Part shown: positions 63,376 through 64,000 of the stretch, in pieces
Layout of the letters: the number at the start of each line of letters is the position of its first letter
How positions within the stretch are numbered: the stretch's first letter is position 1
Assembly (NCBI GenBank): GCA_963795855.1
Contig: CAWCIZ010000004.1
Span: 160,001-224,000, forward strand
Length of the DNA stretch: 64,000 nucleotides
Direction: 5' to 3'
From: Vulcanimicrobiota bacterium
GTDB lineage: Bacteria > Vulcanimicrobiota > Vulcanimicrobiia > Vulcanimicrobiales > Vulcanimicrobiaceae
Position numbers and translations under genes: made by a program
The notes under the pieces: generated by a model
The model's input: only the letters and a program-made list of their open reading frames with translations
What the model was told of the DNA's origin: nothing
Database searches by the model: none

Positions 63376-63780
63376 ATGGCTTCGTGGCGTGATGTGCGCC
63401 GGTACGCCCTCGCGCTTCCCGGCACGACCGAAGAGTTGTCGCGCGGCACGCGCGCGTGGATAGTCAACAAGAAATTCTTCGTTTGGGAACGCCCGCTCCG
63501 CCAGTCGGATTTGAAAGCGCTCGCAGACGCCGCGCCGAGCGGTCCAATCTTAGGCGTGTGTACACCGGATCTCGAAATGAAGGACATGCTCCTTGCGAGC
63601 AATCCGAACATTTACTTCACGACACCGCACTTCGACGGGTATCCCGCAGTGCTGGTACGGCTCGGCGAAATCAGGTGTGATGCGCTGAAGGACGTTATCG
63701 TGGAAGCTTGGCTTGCGCGCGCGTCCAAACCAGCCGTAGCGGAGTTTTTAGAACGCCGGTTCGGCACGCGCCGCGCATGA
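63376..63780 (+). CDS. MmcQ/YjbR family protein
   Basis: ALALPGTTE, FTTPHFDGYPAVLVRL, EAWLARA. Confidence 0.85.
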   Translation: MASWRDVRRYALALPGTTEELSRGTRAWIVNKKFFVWERPLRQSDLKALADAAPSGPILGVCTPDLEMKDMLLASNPNIYFTTPHFDGYPAVLVRLGEIRCDALKDVIVEAWLARASKPAVAEFLERRFGTRRA

Positions 63781-63929
63781 TTATGGGTCCGCTTGCCACG
63801 CCGAACGAGCGCGCAACGCTCTCGCGGCCGTCTCGCTTGCAATCTGCGCCTTGGCAAACCGGCGCGGGTATTTTTTCGCTCGCCATGGCGTGGATAAGCG
63901 CGTTCCGCGCGCGAAAATCAGTTTGAATA

Positions 63930-64000
63930 ATGCGTGCGCTTTCCGTCACGATCTTTGCCGCTGCGGCTGCGTTCGTCGTTCGTTCGCTTGCGGTGACGTT
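63930..64000 (+). CDS. Possible start of a secreted protein (runs off the window)
   Basis: ATG at 63930, MRALSVTIFAAAAAFVV hydrophobic leader. Confidence 0.3.
   Translation, partial: MRALSVTIFAAAAAFVVRSLAVT

Overview
High-GC bacterial chromosome segment, mostly housekeeping and envelope genes. It includes nth, scoAB, dnaK-grpE-dnaJ, htrA, a Yip1/TolC/MacAB-type exporter, rnj, ftsK, futalosine genes mqnE-mqnA-mqnC, mnmA, rodZ-yajQ-rimO, secA, prfB (programmed +1 frameshift) and rlmN, plus a small accessory cluster at 59.6-63.8 kb. Gene content (RNase J, futalosine pathway, TolC, GT9, DnaK without the proteobacterial insert, NHL lipoprotein) suggests a diderm Terrabacteria lineage, possibly Eremiobacterota (inference only). 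I saw no rRNA, tRNA, CRISPR array, integrase or transposase. Main observations: (1) a modular intergenic repeat family shared by the scoA-scoB spacer, the VOC-ABC spacer and the dnaK-grpE hairpin, two copies of which are spanned by ORFs bridging the flanking genes; (2) six single-base insertions that break genes, four of them AGCT->AG(A/T)CT, suggesting a DNA-modification-driven sequencing artefact; (3) a 41-bp direct repeat flanking one accessory gene; (4) a Tat-like small partner for an amidase; (5) a secreted Asr/histone-like polycation; (6) a GDPH-motif protein lying between secA and prfB.
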